Source: Desulfobacterales bacterium (lineage in GTDB: Bacteria; Desulfobacterota; Desulfobacteria; Desulfobacterales; UBA5616). From it: a stretch of 25,176 nt of DNA. Shown piece by piece: positions 1 to 9,301 of the stretch. A program made the position numbers and the translations under genes. The DNA lies in NCBI GenBank assembly GCA_046483495.1, contig JAWODC010000062.1, positions 1 to 25,176 of the forward strand, read 5' to 3'. Below the pieces are notes generated by a model. The model did not search any database, was not told where the DNA came from, and saw only the letters and a list, made by a program, of their open reading frames with translations. Position 1 is the first letter of the stretch. Every line of letters starts with the position of its first letter.

Positions 1-146
1 TGGGCCTTTTGGGTAAGGAAAGGTTTCAATACTGGCGCCTGTTGGCGTGGACCATTGCGCGCAGACCCAGGCTGCTTCCGTTGGCCGTTACCCTGGCCAT
101 ATACGGTTATCATTACCGGAGGGTATGCGAGCTGCACATTCTTTAA
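1..146 (+). CDS. 3' end of a probable B12-binding radical SAM protein (DUF4070-like C-terminus), partial
   Basis: Hand-translated frame from nt 3 reads GLLGKERFQYWRLLAWTIARRPRLLPLAVTLAIYGYHYRRVCELHIL*, stop TAA at 144-146. Resembles the C-terminus of DUF4070-containing radical SAM proteins (recognition, not a search). Confidence 0.65.
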   Translation, partial: GLLGKERFQYWRLLAWTIARRPRLLPLAVTLAIYGYHYRRVCELHIL

Positions 147-241
147 GCAAGAGGAGATAAAATTCAATGAGGCTTAATGGTATTCACTTTAAACAAACAA
201 GCATCGATGAAACAGAACGGTACATTAACAGGAGGTAAATT

Positions 242-1285
242 GTGGCTGAATGGAATCAACCCCCAGGGGGACCCGCGCCCACGCTGGATGACGTGCTGGA
301 GAAAGTTCGGCAGCGGTTTAAAAAAATCAAAGGCGGCCCGGTCCTGATACTCGCCGCCGTTGCGGTGGTGGTTGTCGTGTGGACCGCATGGTTCACCGTC
401 CAGCCCGAGGAGACGGGCGTTGTACAGCGCTTCGGAAAAGTCATGCGCACGGCCGGTCCGGGCCTGCATTTCAAATTGCCGTTGGGTATCGAAAAGGTCC
501 GCCTGCTGCCTACCGCGCGCGTGCTCAAAGAGGAGTTCGGGTTTCGAACGGTATCCGCCGTTCCCGGTGAAAAGACCCGCTATGATCCGAGCGGCGCTTA
601 CAAGGACGAGTCGTTGATGCTCAGTGGAGACTTAAATGTCATCAATGTTCAGTGGATCATTCAGTATCGTATCGAAGACCCGATCCGCTATTTGTTCCAG
701 GTGCGCGACACACCCAAAACGATCCGCGATACCAGCGAAGCGGTTATGCGCCGGGCGGTCGGCAACCGTCTTGGCAGCGATGTGCTGACTACAGGCCGGG
801 TGGCGGTGGCCAGTGAAGCCAAAATCGAAATCCAGAAAATCCTGACGTCTTATGAAACCGGCGTGCGCCTGGTGACGGTGGAGCTGCAGGACGTAACCCC
901 GCCGGACACGGTCAAGCCGGCCTTCAATGAAGTCAATGAGTCGCGCCAGGACAAGGAGCAAACCATCAATAAAGCCCAGGAACAGGCCAACAGAGAAATC
1001 CCCAAAGCCCGCGGTGTGGCCGCGCAAAGCATCAGCGAGGCCGAAGGCTACGCCCTGGAACGCGTAAACCGGGCCGAAGGAGAGACCACCCGCTTTGAGG
1101 CCATTTTAGGACAGTACCGGCAGGCGCCGCAGGTCACGCGCCGGCGGCTGTATCTGGAAGCCATGACCGGTTTGTTGTCAGACATAAAAGGGCTCTATAT
1201 CGTGGATCAGGACCAGAAGGCCATGGTGCCGTGGCTTCCACTGGAATCCGGCACGCAACCACCGGCACAAGGGAGGCAACCATGA
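242..1285 (+). CDS. hflK: FtsH protease modulator HflK (SPFH/band 7)
   Basis: 347 aa, GTG start with AGGAGG RBS at 229-234. Single N-terminal TM, then GVVQRFGK..GPGLHFKLP, MLSGDLNVINVQWIIQYRIEDP, PPDTVKPAFNEV, APQVTRRRLYLEAM. Confidence 0.95.
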   Translation: MAEWNQPPGGPAPTLDDVLEKVRQRFKKIKGGPVLILAAVAVVVVVWTAWFTVQPEETGVVQRFGKVMRTAGPGLHFKLPLGIEKVRLLPTARVLKEEFGFRTVSAVPGEKTRYDPSGAYKDESLMLSGDLNVINVQWIIQYRIEDPIRYLFQVRDTPKTIRDTSEAVMRRAVGNRLGSDVLTTGRVAVASEAKIEIQKILTSYETGVRLVTVELQDVTPPDTVKPAFNEVNESRQDKEQTINKAQEQANREIPKARGVAAQSISEAEGYALERVNRAEGETTRFEAILGQYRQAPQVTRRRLYLEAMTGLLSDIKGLYIVDQDQKAMVPWLPLESGTQPPAQGRQP

Positions 1286-2259
1286 AGTTTACCGTGAAAG
1301 CAGCAATCATCGCGATAGGGGTGGTAATCGTTATCCTGCTCTATAGCGGCCTATATACGTTGGAAGAGGGCCGGCAGGCCATCGTCGTGCAGTTCGGCCG
1401 GACTATTGGGGAACCCATCACAGAGGCCGGATTGCACTTAAAACTGCCCATTATTCAAGAGGTCCGGCGATTCGAAAAGCGCCTCTTGGTTTGGGACGGT
1501 GATCCGAACCAGGTTCCCACCAAGGGTCGCGAGTTCATCTGGGTGGATACCACCGCCCGATGGCGGATTGTCGACGCGAAAAAATTTCTGGAGAACGTGG
1601 CCAGTGAAGCAGGGGCCCAGTCGCGCCTGAACGATATTATAGATTCGGTGGTACGTGACCAGGTGTCGAGCAGCGATCTCGTGGAACTCGTGCGCAGCGC
1701 CTCGTGGGAAGTGCCCGAGGACGAAGCCTTGAAGGAGGTCCCAAAGGAGCGCGAAGAAGAGCTTAAAAGGGAAATTGCCCGCGGTAGGGAGGAGATTACC
1801 CGCACCATATTGACTGAAGCACAAAAGATCATTCCGCAATACGGCATCGAACTAGTGGATATGCGTATCAAGCGCCTCGATTACGTGGAAAGCGTCCGCG
1901 AAAAGGTCTATGAGCGCATGATCTCCGAGCGCAAGCGGATCGCCGCGCAGTTCCGTTCCGAAGGCGAGGGACGCAGCGCCGAGATCCTCGGAACAATGGA
2001 AAAAGAGTTGCGACGGATCCGCTCCACGGCCTACCGCCGGGTGCAGGAGGTCCAGGGTGAAGCCGACGCCGAGGCCACGCTTATCTACGGCCGGGCTTAC
2101 AATAAAAATCCGGAATTCTATGCCTTTTTGCGCACCCTTGAAAGCTACAAAGAAAAGACCAATATGAACTCCGTGTTGATCCTCACCACGGACAGCGACT
2201 TCTATCAATACATCAAAAACGCGAATCCCGACCAAGCGCGGGTTCCATCGGCTCAATAG
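1282..2259 (+). CDS. hflC: FtsH protease modulator HflC
   Basis: Start moved to ATG 1282 (GGGAGG RBS; ATGA overlap with the hflK stop). Motifs AGLHLKLP, VDTTARWRI, RMISERKRIAAQFRSEG, PEFYAFLRTLESY. Confidence 0.95.
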   Translation: MKFTVKAAIIAIGVVIVILLYSGLYTLEEGRQAIVVQFGRTIGEPITEAGLHLKLPIIQEVRRFEKRLLVWDGDPNQVPTKGREFIWVDTTARWRIVDAKKFLENVASEAGAQSRLNDIIDSVVRDQVSSSDLVELVRSASWEVPEDEALKEVPKEREEELKREIARGREEITRTILTEAQKIIPQYGIELVDMRIKRLDYVESVREKVYERMISERKRIAAQFRSEGEGRSAEILGTMEKELRRIRSTAYRRVQEVQGEADAEATLIYGRAYNKNPEFYAFLRTLESYKEKTNMNSVLILTTDSDFYQYIKNANPDQARVPSAQ

Positions 2260-2408
2260 TCACGAAAAGATTCGGCGGCAGCGGCAAACATTCGGGAGTT
2301 AAAAGGTTTTCGGATGATAGTGCCGGTAGTTATGGCGAGGTTTTCCCATTAACCGGCTTGCCGGTGTTTCATGCCGGAACGGGCAGAAACCCGTTGGAAA
2401 GGAACAAT

Positions 2409-2548
2409 ATGGCAACGCATTAATCACCAAAGCATACCAAACGATTGCTGGCCGAGGCCGATGAACTCGTACAGCGAATTAAATCAGATGTCCTCAACGA
2501 AATGGAAGAAGAGCCTTGTTTGCAGTTTGAAGCACATGCACAAAACTT
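2409..2548 (+). pseudogene. Remnant of a small helical hypothetical protein, fused to the ATPase remnant
   Basis: AAAGGA RBS and ATG 2409; reads MATH*SPKHTKRLLAEADELVQRIKSDVLNEMEEEPCLQFEAHAQNF with a premature TAA at 2421-2423. Protein-like amphipathic helix that ends where ATPase homology begins. Confidence 0.35.
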
Positions 2549-3353
2549 TTGCGCCAAATACGCAATCCGCTGATCTTCATCCTGATTGCAGCGGCGGCGG
2601 CCTCTGCTGGCATTGGCGAGATTACCGATGCGGTCTTTATTCTCCGGTGATTGTACTCAACAACGGCCTGGGGGCCTTTCAGGAGTATAACGCCGAAAAA
2701 AGTGCGGCCGGCCTCCGGAAACTGCTCAAAATCAACGCCCGGGTGCAGCGTTCGGGTGCGCAAACGGAAATCCCGGCTGAAAACCTGGTGCCCGGGGACA
2801 TTGTGCTTCTTGAATCCGGCAACAAAGTTCCGGTGGATCTGCGGCTACTGGACGTGAGCGGGCTGACGGCGGACGAAAGCTTTTTGACGGGCGAATCCCT
2901 GGCTGCCGACAAAAAAGCCGATGTACTCATGGAGTCCCTCGCCGTGGCTGATCGTGCCAACATGGCGTTTGCCGGCGCCAGCATCACCAGCGGGCCGGGC
3001 CATGGGCGTGGTGGCGGCCACCGGCATGGCCACTGAAGTGGGCAAAAATCGCCGAAAACATCACCCTCTCCGAAAGCGCCAAGCCGCCCCTGGTGTGGCC
3101 TTTATCGATCCGCTGCGGCTGGAGGCCCGGGAAGCTGTTGAAAAATGCCGTCGAGCCGGGATCACTGTCCTGATGGTCACCGGTGATCACCCGGCCACCG
3201 CAGCCACCATCGCCCGGCAACTGGCCATAGCAGCACCCGAAGAGGAAGCGGTCACTTCTGGAATGGGCTAAAATCCTGATTTTGGCTGTTCCCTTGCTTA
3301 TCGTAATGGAAATCTTCAAACAAATCCGGGCAAGGGGGCATCCGGAGGCATAA
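2546..3353 (+). pseudogene. Cation (Ca2+-type, P2A-like) P-type ATPase pseudogene with frameshifts and large internal deletions
   Basis: Pieces in changing frames: LRQIRNPLIFILIAAA (TM1); [38 protein letters not shown] (actuator domain); [50 protein letters not shown] (last TM, TAA 3351-3353). DKTGT and GDGxND motifs are absent. Confidence 0.9.
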
Positions 3354-3519
3354 CCTGCCATTCAAAGAAAAACATGGCAGGTGTTTTAAGAGATATGTTT
3401 TACGAAGCAATACAAGATGACCGGCGCTACAATGTGCGGCGTCACCAATGCTCTATTATGGCCGGAAGGGGTGATTAAAAAAAGAAAAGACAGGACCTTG
3501 TCCAGGAGGAAGTAAAGCC

Positions 3520-4911
3520 ATGCGACTGTATTTAATCAATCCATGCAACCCGCTGGTTAGTATCGTCAATGTCAAGGCAAGCCCGTGGAACCGCTACCGC
3601 GTGTGGAAACCGCTCAGTCTGATGGTTCTCGCGGGTCTTACACCATCGCAATGGCAAATCACGATCATTGACGAGAACCTGGGTGGGGTGGACTATCATG
3701 CCATTCCCCGACCGGACCTGGTGGGTATTACCGCATTCACATCCCAGGCGAACCGGGCCTATGAAATAGCTCGTCGCTTCCGCCGGTGGGGCGTGCCCGT
3801 CGTCATGGGAGGCATTCATGCCTCCATGTGCCTGGATGAAGCCATGCAACATGTGGACGCCGTCGTCGTGGGAGAGGCCGAGGGCATATGGCCGCATGTT
3901 CTGGAGGACGCCCGGCACGGCTGCCTGAAGCGCCGGTATGACGGTGGCCTGGCCGATATAAAGAATGTGCCCTTCGCCCGGCACGATCTGGCGGCCTCGG
4001 GATACGCCTTCGGGGCTATTCAAACCACTCGCGGCTGTCCCTTGAATTGCAACTTTTGCAGCGTAACGGCATTTAACGGGGCTAAATACCGGCAGCGGCC
4101 CATTGCGGATGTAGTGCGAGAGTTCAGGTCCGTACGTGAAAAGCATGTCCTGGTGGTGGACGATAACCTTATCGGCACGCGTCCCGATCACATCGAACGC
4201 GCCAAAGAGCTGTTTCGGGCCATGGTAGCGGCGAAACTACGGAAAAAGTGGGTGGCCCAGGCCTCAATCAACTTCGCCGATGACACCGAACTCCTGACAC
4301 TGGCGGTCAAGGCCGGATGCCGGGGTGTCTTCATCGGCTTTGAAACCCCCTCGCCGGAAGGACTGCGGGAGCTCGGGAAAAAGTTCAACCTGATGAAAAA
4401 CCGCGATTTTCGGGCCTCCATACGCCGCATCCAGCAACACCATATCCTGGTCGTGGGGTCCTTTATCATTGGTTTGGATATCGACAAACCGGGCATCGGC
4501 GAACGTATCGCCGAAACAGCCCGCCGATACGGCGTAGATATTCTTAATACCTTGTTTCTAACGCCCCTGCCCGGCACCCGCCTGTGGGACCAAATGAAAG
4601 CCGAGGGCCGCATCGCCCTCGACCGGTTCCCGGAGCACTGGAAGTATTACACGCTGACTTTCCCGGTGGCCCGGTATAAGCATCTGTCCTTGGATGGCGT
4701 TATCGAAGAAATGAACGTCTGCGAACGAGATTTTTATTCCATGCTGCAAATTTTGCGTAGGATATGGCTTAATCTGCGACAACGCCGTGAACCGCTGATC
4801 AGTATGGTGGGCAATCTGTCCTACAGGCGTAATCTCCAACAGAACTTGGCGTCGTATACGAGATTCAGGTACTCCATGAGGGCCGGCGTTCAACCGAATG
4901 AAGATTCATGA
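3520..4911 (+). CDS. B12-binding domain radical SAM protein
   Basis: 463 aa. Cobalamin-binding region DLVGITAFT..VVMGGIHAS..VVVGEAE; RGCPLNCNFC (CxxxCxxC); VFIGFET; TPLPGTRLW. Confidence 0.92.
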   Translation: MRLYLINPCNPLVSIVNVKASPWNRYRVWKPLSLMVLAGLTPSQWQITIIDENLGGVDYHAIPRPDLVGITAFTSQANRAYEIARRFRRWGVPVVMGGIHASMCLDEAMQHVDAVVVGEAEGIWPHVLEDARHGCLKRRYDGGLADIKNVPFARHDLAASGYAFGAIQTTRGCPLNCNFCSVTAFNGAKYRQRPIADVVREFRSVREKHVLVVDDNLIGTRPDHIERAKELFRAMVAAKLRKKWVAQASINFADDTELLTLAVKAGCRGVFIGFETPSPEGLRELGKKFNLMKNRDFRASIRRIQQHHILVVGSFIIGLDIDKPGIGERIAETARRYGVDILNTLFLTPLPGTRLWDQMKAEGRIALDRFPEHWKYYTLTFPVARYKHLSLDGVIEEMNVCERDFYSMLQILRRIWLNLRQRREPLISMVGNLSYRRNLQQNLASYTRFRYSMRAGVQPNEDS

Positions 4912-4972
4912 AAGAACAAAAGAACATCGGCGCACATCCGACAAAGAGGAAATAGGAGTCTGAAGAAAACCG

Positions 4973-7231
4973 ATGCCTGTGAATTCCAAACAAATCATTA
5001 AAGAGGTCAACAATAAGACGCGTCTGGATGAAGCCCTGGCAATGGTTGTCAAACGGTCCAGATCGTCCATGGGTGCAGATGCTTGTTCCGTCTATATTTA
5101 TGACACACAAACCGACCGGTTTATCCTCATGGCGTTTGATGGAGTGATGTCCGACGAGGTCGGCAAAGCGCAGGTGAGCCGAAACGAAGGACTGGTGGGA
5201 TGGGTGGCGGCGCATGAAGAAGTCATCAACCTGTCAAATTCCGTCGATCATCCCGGCTTCGATCACGTCTCGAAAACCGGAGATGAGTCTTTTCAAGGCT
5301 TTATGGGCGCGCCCATCATGCATCATGGCCGGACAATGGGTGTGCTGGTGGCGCAGAAGCATGAACGGCGAGCCTTCAGCGATGACGATGCGGCTTTTTT
5401 TGCGACACTGGCTTTCCAGCTTGGCGAAGCCATGCATCGCCTACTGGCGAAATGGGATTTCGGCCGGCGGTTGGATGAACCCACGCGTGGGAAAATTCTC
5501 TTACACGGAATCCCCTGCGCACCGAGCCTGGCGATGGGCAACATCGTGCTGTCGGAACCAGCGGACCTGCAATCGACTCCCGACCGCAACGCACAAGACA
5601 TCGAATCGGAAGTGAATACCTTCCAGGCCGCATTGATCGCCGCCAAAAATGAATTGCATACCGGCAAGGAACGCATGCGCGACAACTTGGCGGACGAGAC
5701 CCTATCCCTTTTCGATGCCTATATCATGATGCTTGAATCCGACAAGTTGACCAACGCCACGGTGGCACGCATCCGAAACGGGCAATGGGCGCGCGGCGCG
5801 CTTAGAGACACTATTGTTGAGATGGCGCACGTCTTTGAGCTGATGGACGATCCGTATCTTGCCGCGCGCGCCGAAGATGTTCGCAACATCGGCCGACAGG
5901 TTATGTCTCATTTACAAGAGGAAGCGCCGGGGGCAAAAACCTACCCAAATCGATCCATCCTAGCGGGTGTGGAGGTCAGTCCGGCCGAGATCTCAAAAGT
6001 GCCCCGCGACCGGCTGGCCGGTCTCATCAGCGTTAAAGGATCGGCATTATCCCATACGGCGATTATTTGCCGCGAAATGGGCATTCCCGCCGTGATGGGC
6101 CTGACCGATTTGATCATCAGTAATTTTGAATTTTGCGAAACCACGCTGGACGGCAACCAGGGCACCGTCTGCATCAATCCTTCCCCTGTGGATATTAATA
6201 TGTTTCAGCAATGCATGCTGGAAGAACAGGCCATCGCCGCCCGACTTGAAAAACTGCGCCGGCTGCCGGCGCAAACCGTGGACGGTGTGCCGATTCCAAT
6301 ACATGTCAATCTGGGAGTCGGCGCCGATGAGCTGTCAATGGACGCCAAAGAATTTGAAGGTGTGGGGCTGTACCGCACGGAATTTTTCTTTATTGCGCGT
6401 GACACGCTTCCCACGGAGGAGGAGCAATACCGGCTTTACCGTGATCTGCTGCAATTCTTCGCGCCAAAACCGGTGACGATCCGGACCCTGGACACCGGGG
6501 GCGATAAGAAGCTGCCTTTTTTCGCCATTGCTGAAACCAACCCATTCCTGGGTCGGCGCGGGATACGATTCACCCTTGACCACACCGAAATTTTTTTAAC
6601 CCAACTGCGGGCGTTGTTGCGCGCCAATGCCGGACTCGAAAATCTACAGATCCTTTTCCCCATGATCAGCAGGATAAGTGAGATCGACACGACCCTGGAC
6701 CTGCTGGACCGCGCCTATGAAGATCTTACGGCGGAAGGCCGTGATGCTGTAAGACCTAGAATAGGCGCCATGATCGAAGTTCCTTCGGCCGTCTATGTCA
6801 TCGCCGAACTGGCCGGACGGGTTGATTTTTTCTCCATCGGAACCAATGACCTCACCCAATATTTGTTGGCCGTGGACAGAAGCAACCCGTTGGTGCAGGG
6901 CCGCCATGACAATTTACATCCTGCCGTCGTCCATTTCGTGGCCGACATCGTTCAAAGAGCCCATCGCCAGAACAAGCCGGTCGGCGTGTGCGGTGAAATG
7001 GCCGGGGATCCGGCATCCGCCCTTCTGCTCATTGGTCTTGGGGTCAATTCGCTGAGCATGACCCCATCCAGCCTGCCGCCCATCAAATGGGCCATCCGGA
7101 GCTTTACCATGCAGCAGGCTCGCCGGCTTGCCGACAAGGCCCTCAAGATCGACAATGAAACCGATACCCAGCAGTTATTGAATCGTGCCCTGAAAGCCGC
7201 CGGCCTGAGCATGCTCATTCGCGAGAATTGA
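4973..7231 (+). CDS. ptsP: GAF-containing PEP-protein phosphotransferase (enzyme I-Ntr)
   Basis: 752 aa. N-terminal GAF (EGLVGWVA..FMGAPIMHHGRTMGVLVAQ), phospho-His motif SALSHTAII, GVGLYRTEF, IRTLDTGGDK, ETNPFLGRRGIR, MIEVPSA, FFSIGTNDLTQY, CGEMAGDP. Confidence 0.93.
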   Translation: MPVNSKQIIKEVNNKTRLDEALAMVVKRSRSSMGADACSVYIYDTQTDRFILMAFDGVMSDEVGKAQVSRNEGLVGWVAAHEEVINLSNSVDHPGFDHVSKTGDESFQGFMGAPIMHHGRTMGVLVAQKHERRAFSDDDAAFFATLAFQLGEAMHRLLAKWDFGRRLDEPTRGKILLHGIPCAPSLAMGNIVLSEPADLQSTPDRNAQDIESEVNTFQAALIAAKNELHTGKERMRDNLADETLSLFDAYIMMLESDKLTNATVARIRNGQWARGALRDTIVEMAHVFELMDDPYLAARAEDVRNIGRQVMSHLQEEAPGAKTYPNRSILAGVEVSPAEISKVPRDRLAGLISVKGSALSHTAIICREMGIPAVMGLTDLIISNFEFCETTLDGNQGTVCINPSPVDINMFQQCMLEEQAIAARLEKLRRLPAQTVDGVPIPIHVNLGVGADELSMDAKEFEGVGLYRTEFFFIARDTLPTEEEQYRLYRDLLQFFAPKPVTIRTLDTGGDKKLPFFAIAETNPFLGRRGIRFTLDHTEIFLTQLRALLRANAGLENLQILFPMISRISEIDTTLDLLDRAYEDLTAEGRDAVRPRIGAMIEVPSAVYVIAELAGRVDFFSIGTNDLTQYLLAVDRSNPLVQGRHDNLHPAVVHFVADIVQRAHRQNKPVGVCGEMAGDPASALLLIGLGVNSLSMTPSSLPPIKWAIRSFTMQQARRLADKALKIDNETDTQQLLNRALKAAGLSMLIREN

Positions 7232-7359
7232 CCTTCCAAAAAGCGAAAACGGCTATACACGTAACCGAGTACGAGATGTCAGGGATTGAGTTGCAACACT
7301 GAACCGGAAAAAAATTGATATGATTTTGATTTTCTGGTATTTTATTTATATTTACATCT

Positions 7360-8805
7360 ATGCCGATAACCATGGAAACGTTAAAAATGGTGAAAAGCTT
7401 TCTGGAAATTCACAAGAGCATCATAGGGTCGATTCGCGAGCCTTTGATCGTGCTCGATCAGGATTTGAAGGTCGTAACGGCCAATTCCTCTTTTTACCGG
7501 ACATTTAATGTCAAACCCGCCGTTACCGAGGACGTGCTGATATACGATCTTGGCAACCGGCAATGGGACATCCCCAAGTTAAGACAATTACTTGAAGATA
7601 TCCTTCCTCAAAATGCCGATTTTCATGATTTCGAGGTGGAACATGACTTTGAAACCATTGGACCCAAGATCATGCATCTGAATGCCCGGCGGATCTACGA
7701 CCAAGACAACCAGAGCCAGTTGATTCTATTGGCCATCGAGGATGTGACCGAACGTGAATATTACAAAAAGCACCTAGAAGAGCTTGTTGAAGAACGAACG
7801 GCCGAAATAATAAAGCTCAAGGAGCAGCTCGAAGCCGAGAGAGCCTATCTTCAGGAAGAAATCAAACTGGTCTATAACCATGAGGACATCGTCGGCAAAA
7901 GCGATGCCATCAACTACGTGTTTTTCAAAGTGGAACAAATCGCCGGTGCCGATACAAACGTGCTGATTCTCGGAGAAACCGGAACCGGCAAGGAATTGGT
8001 GGCCCGGGCCATTCACGGCACAAGCCTGCGAAAGAATCGCACTCTGGTCAAAATGAATTGCGCCACTCTGCCTTCGAATCTAATCGAAAGCGAACTCTTC
8101 GGCCATGAAAAAGGCGCCTTCACCGGCGCGCAATCCAGACGTTTGGGACGCTTTGAAATTGCCGACGGCGCGACCCTTTTTTTGGACGAGATCGGCGAAC
8201 TGCCGCTGGAATTGCAGCCCAAGCTGCTCCGGGTGATCGAAGACGGGGAGTTCGAACGCCTGGGCAGCTCGGAAACCAGAAAAGTGGATGTCCGCATCAT
8301 TGCCGCCACCAATCGCGATCTGCAAATGGAAGTCCAAAAGGGCGCTTTCCGGGAGGATCTGTGGTACCGGCTGAATATTTTCCCGATCACCATGCCGCCC
8401 CTGCGCGATCGACTGGACGACATCCCGCTGCTGGTCAATTTTTATATTGACCGGATTTCAAGAAGACTGGGTAAAGACATAAAGATGGTCCCGGCAGGCG
8501 TGATGGACGCACTGCGACAATACCATTGGCCCGGCAATGTTCGCGAATTGGAAAATGTCCTCGAGCGGGCGGTAATCAACTCCTCGGGCCCCAAGCTGCG
8601 GTTGGTGGACGAACTGAAAAACCCGCGGAAAGATACACCCAGGCCCGATCAAACTCTGGAACATGTTGAACGCGACTATATCAAGCGCGTGCTTGAACAG
8701 ACCGGCTGGAAAGTCAGCGGCAAGAACAGTGCGGCTGCCATCCTGGGCCTCGACCGCAGCACCTTGCGCGCCCGGATGCGCAAACTCAATATCCGCAAAC
8801 CGTAA
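7360..8805 (+). CDS. PAS-domain sigma54-dependent transcriptional activator (bEBP, Fis-type HTH)
   Basis: N-terminal PAS, coiled coil, Walker [44 protein letters not shown]-terminal HTH ([19 protein letters not shown]). Start may instead be ATG 7372. Confidence 0.95.
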   Translation: MPITMETLKMVKSFLEIHKSIIGSIREPLIVLDQDLKVVTANSSFYRTFNVKPAVTEDVLIYDLGNRQWDIPKLRQLLEDILPQNADFHDFEVEHDFETIGPKIMHLNARRIYDQDNQSQLILLAIEDVTEREYYKKHLEELVEERTAEIIKLKEQLEAERAYLQEEIKLVYNHEDIVGKSDAINYVFFKVEQIAGADTNVLILGETGTGKELVARAIHGTSLRKNRTLVKMNCATLPSNLIESELFGHEKGAFTGAQSRRLGRFEIADGATLFLDEIGELPLELQPKLLRVIEDGEFERLGSSETRKVDVRIIAATNRDLQMEVQKGAFREDLWYRLNIFPITMPPLRDRLDDIPLLVNFYIDRISRRLGKDIKMVPAGVMDALRQYHWPGNVRELENVLERAVINSSGPKLRLVDELKNPRKDTPRPDQTLEHVERDYIKRVLEQTGWKVSGKNSAAAILGLDRSTLRARMRKLNIRKP

Positions 8806-8877
8806 ATCCTCATCCCTCATTTTAATCTCAAACCGCATTTATCTCACCACCCCCGGCGCGTAGAAAGCCTTATAAAG

Positions 8878-8908
8878 GGTCATATATGATCACTGGTTGT
8901 ATATGACC
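8878..8908. promoter_or_regulatory. Tandem palindromic sites, putative bEBP enhancer (UAS)
   Basis: GGTCATATATGATC (8878-8891) and GGTTGTATATGACC (8895-8908) both approximate the palindrome GGTCATATATGACC. Starts are 17 bp apart, about 100-130 bp upstream of a sigma54-like promoter. Confidence 0.6.
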
Positions 8909-8967
8909 TTTTTTAAAGGTCGCCAAAGGGTTCCCCGTACGTTTCGTTTCATCGATTTGTACTGATA

Positions 8968-8980
8968 AATCAGAATAATG
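8968..8980 (+). promoter_or_regulatory. IHF-like site
   Basis: AATCAGAATAATG versus the WATCARNNNNTTR consensus (one mismatch). Lies between the putative UAS and the -24/-12 element. Confidence 0.35.
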
Positions 8981-9007
8981 AAGCTAAGATGGCAAGCTAT
9001 AGAAAGC

Positions 9008-9023
9008 TGGCATGAAGATTGAA
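9008..9023 (+). promoter_or_regulatory. Putative sigma54 -24/-12 promoter
   Basis: TGGCATGAAGATTGAA: GG at 9009-9010, 10 nt, then GA at 9021-9022 (GA instead of canonical GC). Correct spacing; upstream of the glycosyltransferase operon. Confidence 0.55.
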
Positions 9024-9172
9024 GATATAATTGAAGATATACGTGCATATCGGCGCGATGATTCCCATTGACGCATCGTGTCGAAGGCGGGGAAGGGCAG
9101 AAACAATTCATCGATTCGGCGGTAGAAATCATAATTGCCTTTCGAGAATCCCACTAAGGAGAAGAGGCCAAA

Positions 9173-9301
9173 ATGGGCGACAAGGGGAAAAAAGATAAAG
9201 GCAAACGTGAAGAGCAAAAGAAGAGCAAGCAAAAAACGTTGAAGGAGAAACGCAGGCAAAAAAGCGATAAAGCGAATACGCTTGGAATAAATGAAAAATG
9301 A
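9173..9301 (+). CDS. Small lysine-rich protein (42 aa), not in the ORF track
   Basis: AAGGAG/GAGG RBS, then MGDKGKKDKGKREEQKKSKQKTLKEKRRQKSDKANTLGINEK*. 14 K + 3 R. Its stop overlaps the ATG at 9298 (ATGA). Confidence 0.7.
   Translation: MGDKGKKDKGKREEQKKSKQKTLKEKRRQKSDKANTLGINEK

Noticed and set aside
167..238. 23-aa ORF MRLNGIHFKQTSIDETERYINRR upstream of hflK with an AGGAG RBS
   Set aside because: No recognisable features; cannot be distinguished from chance.
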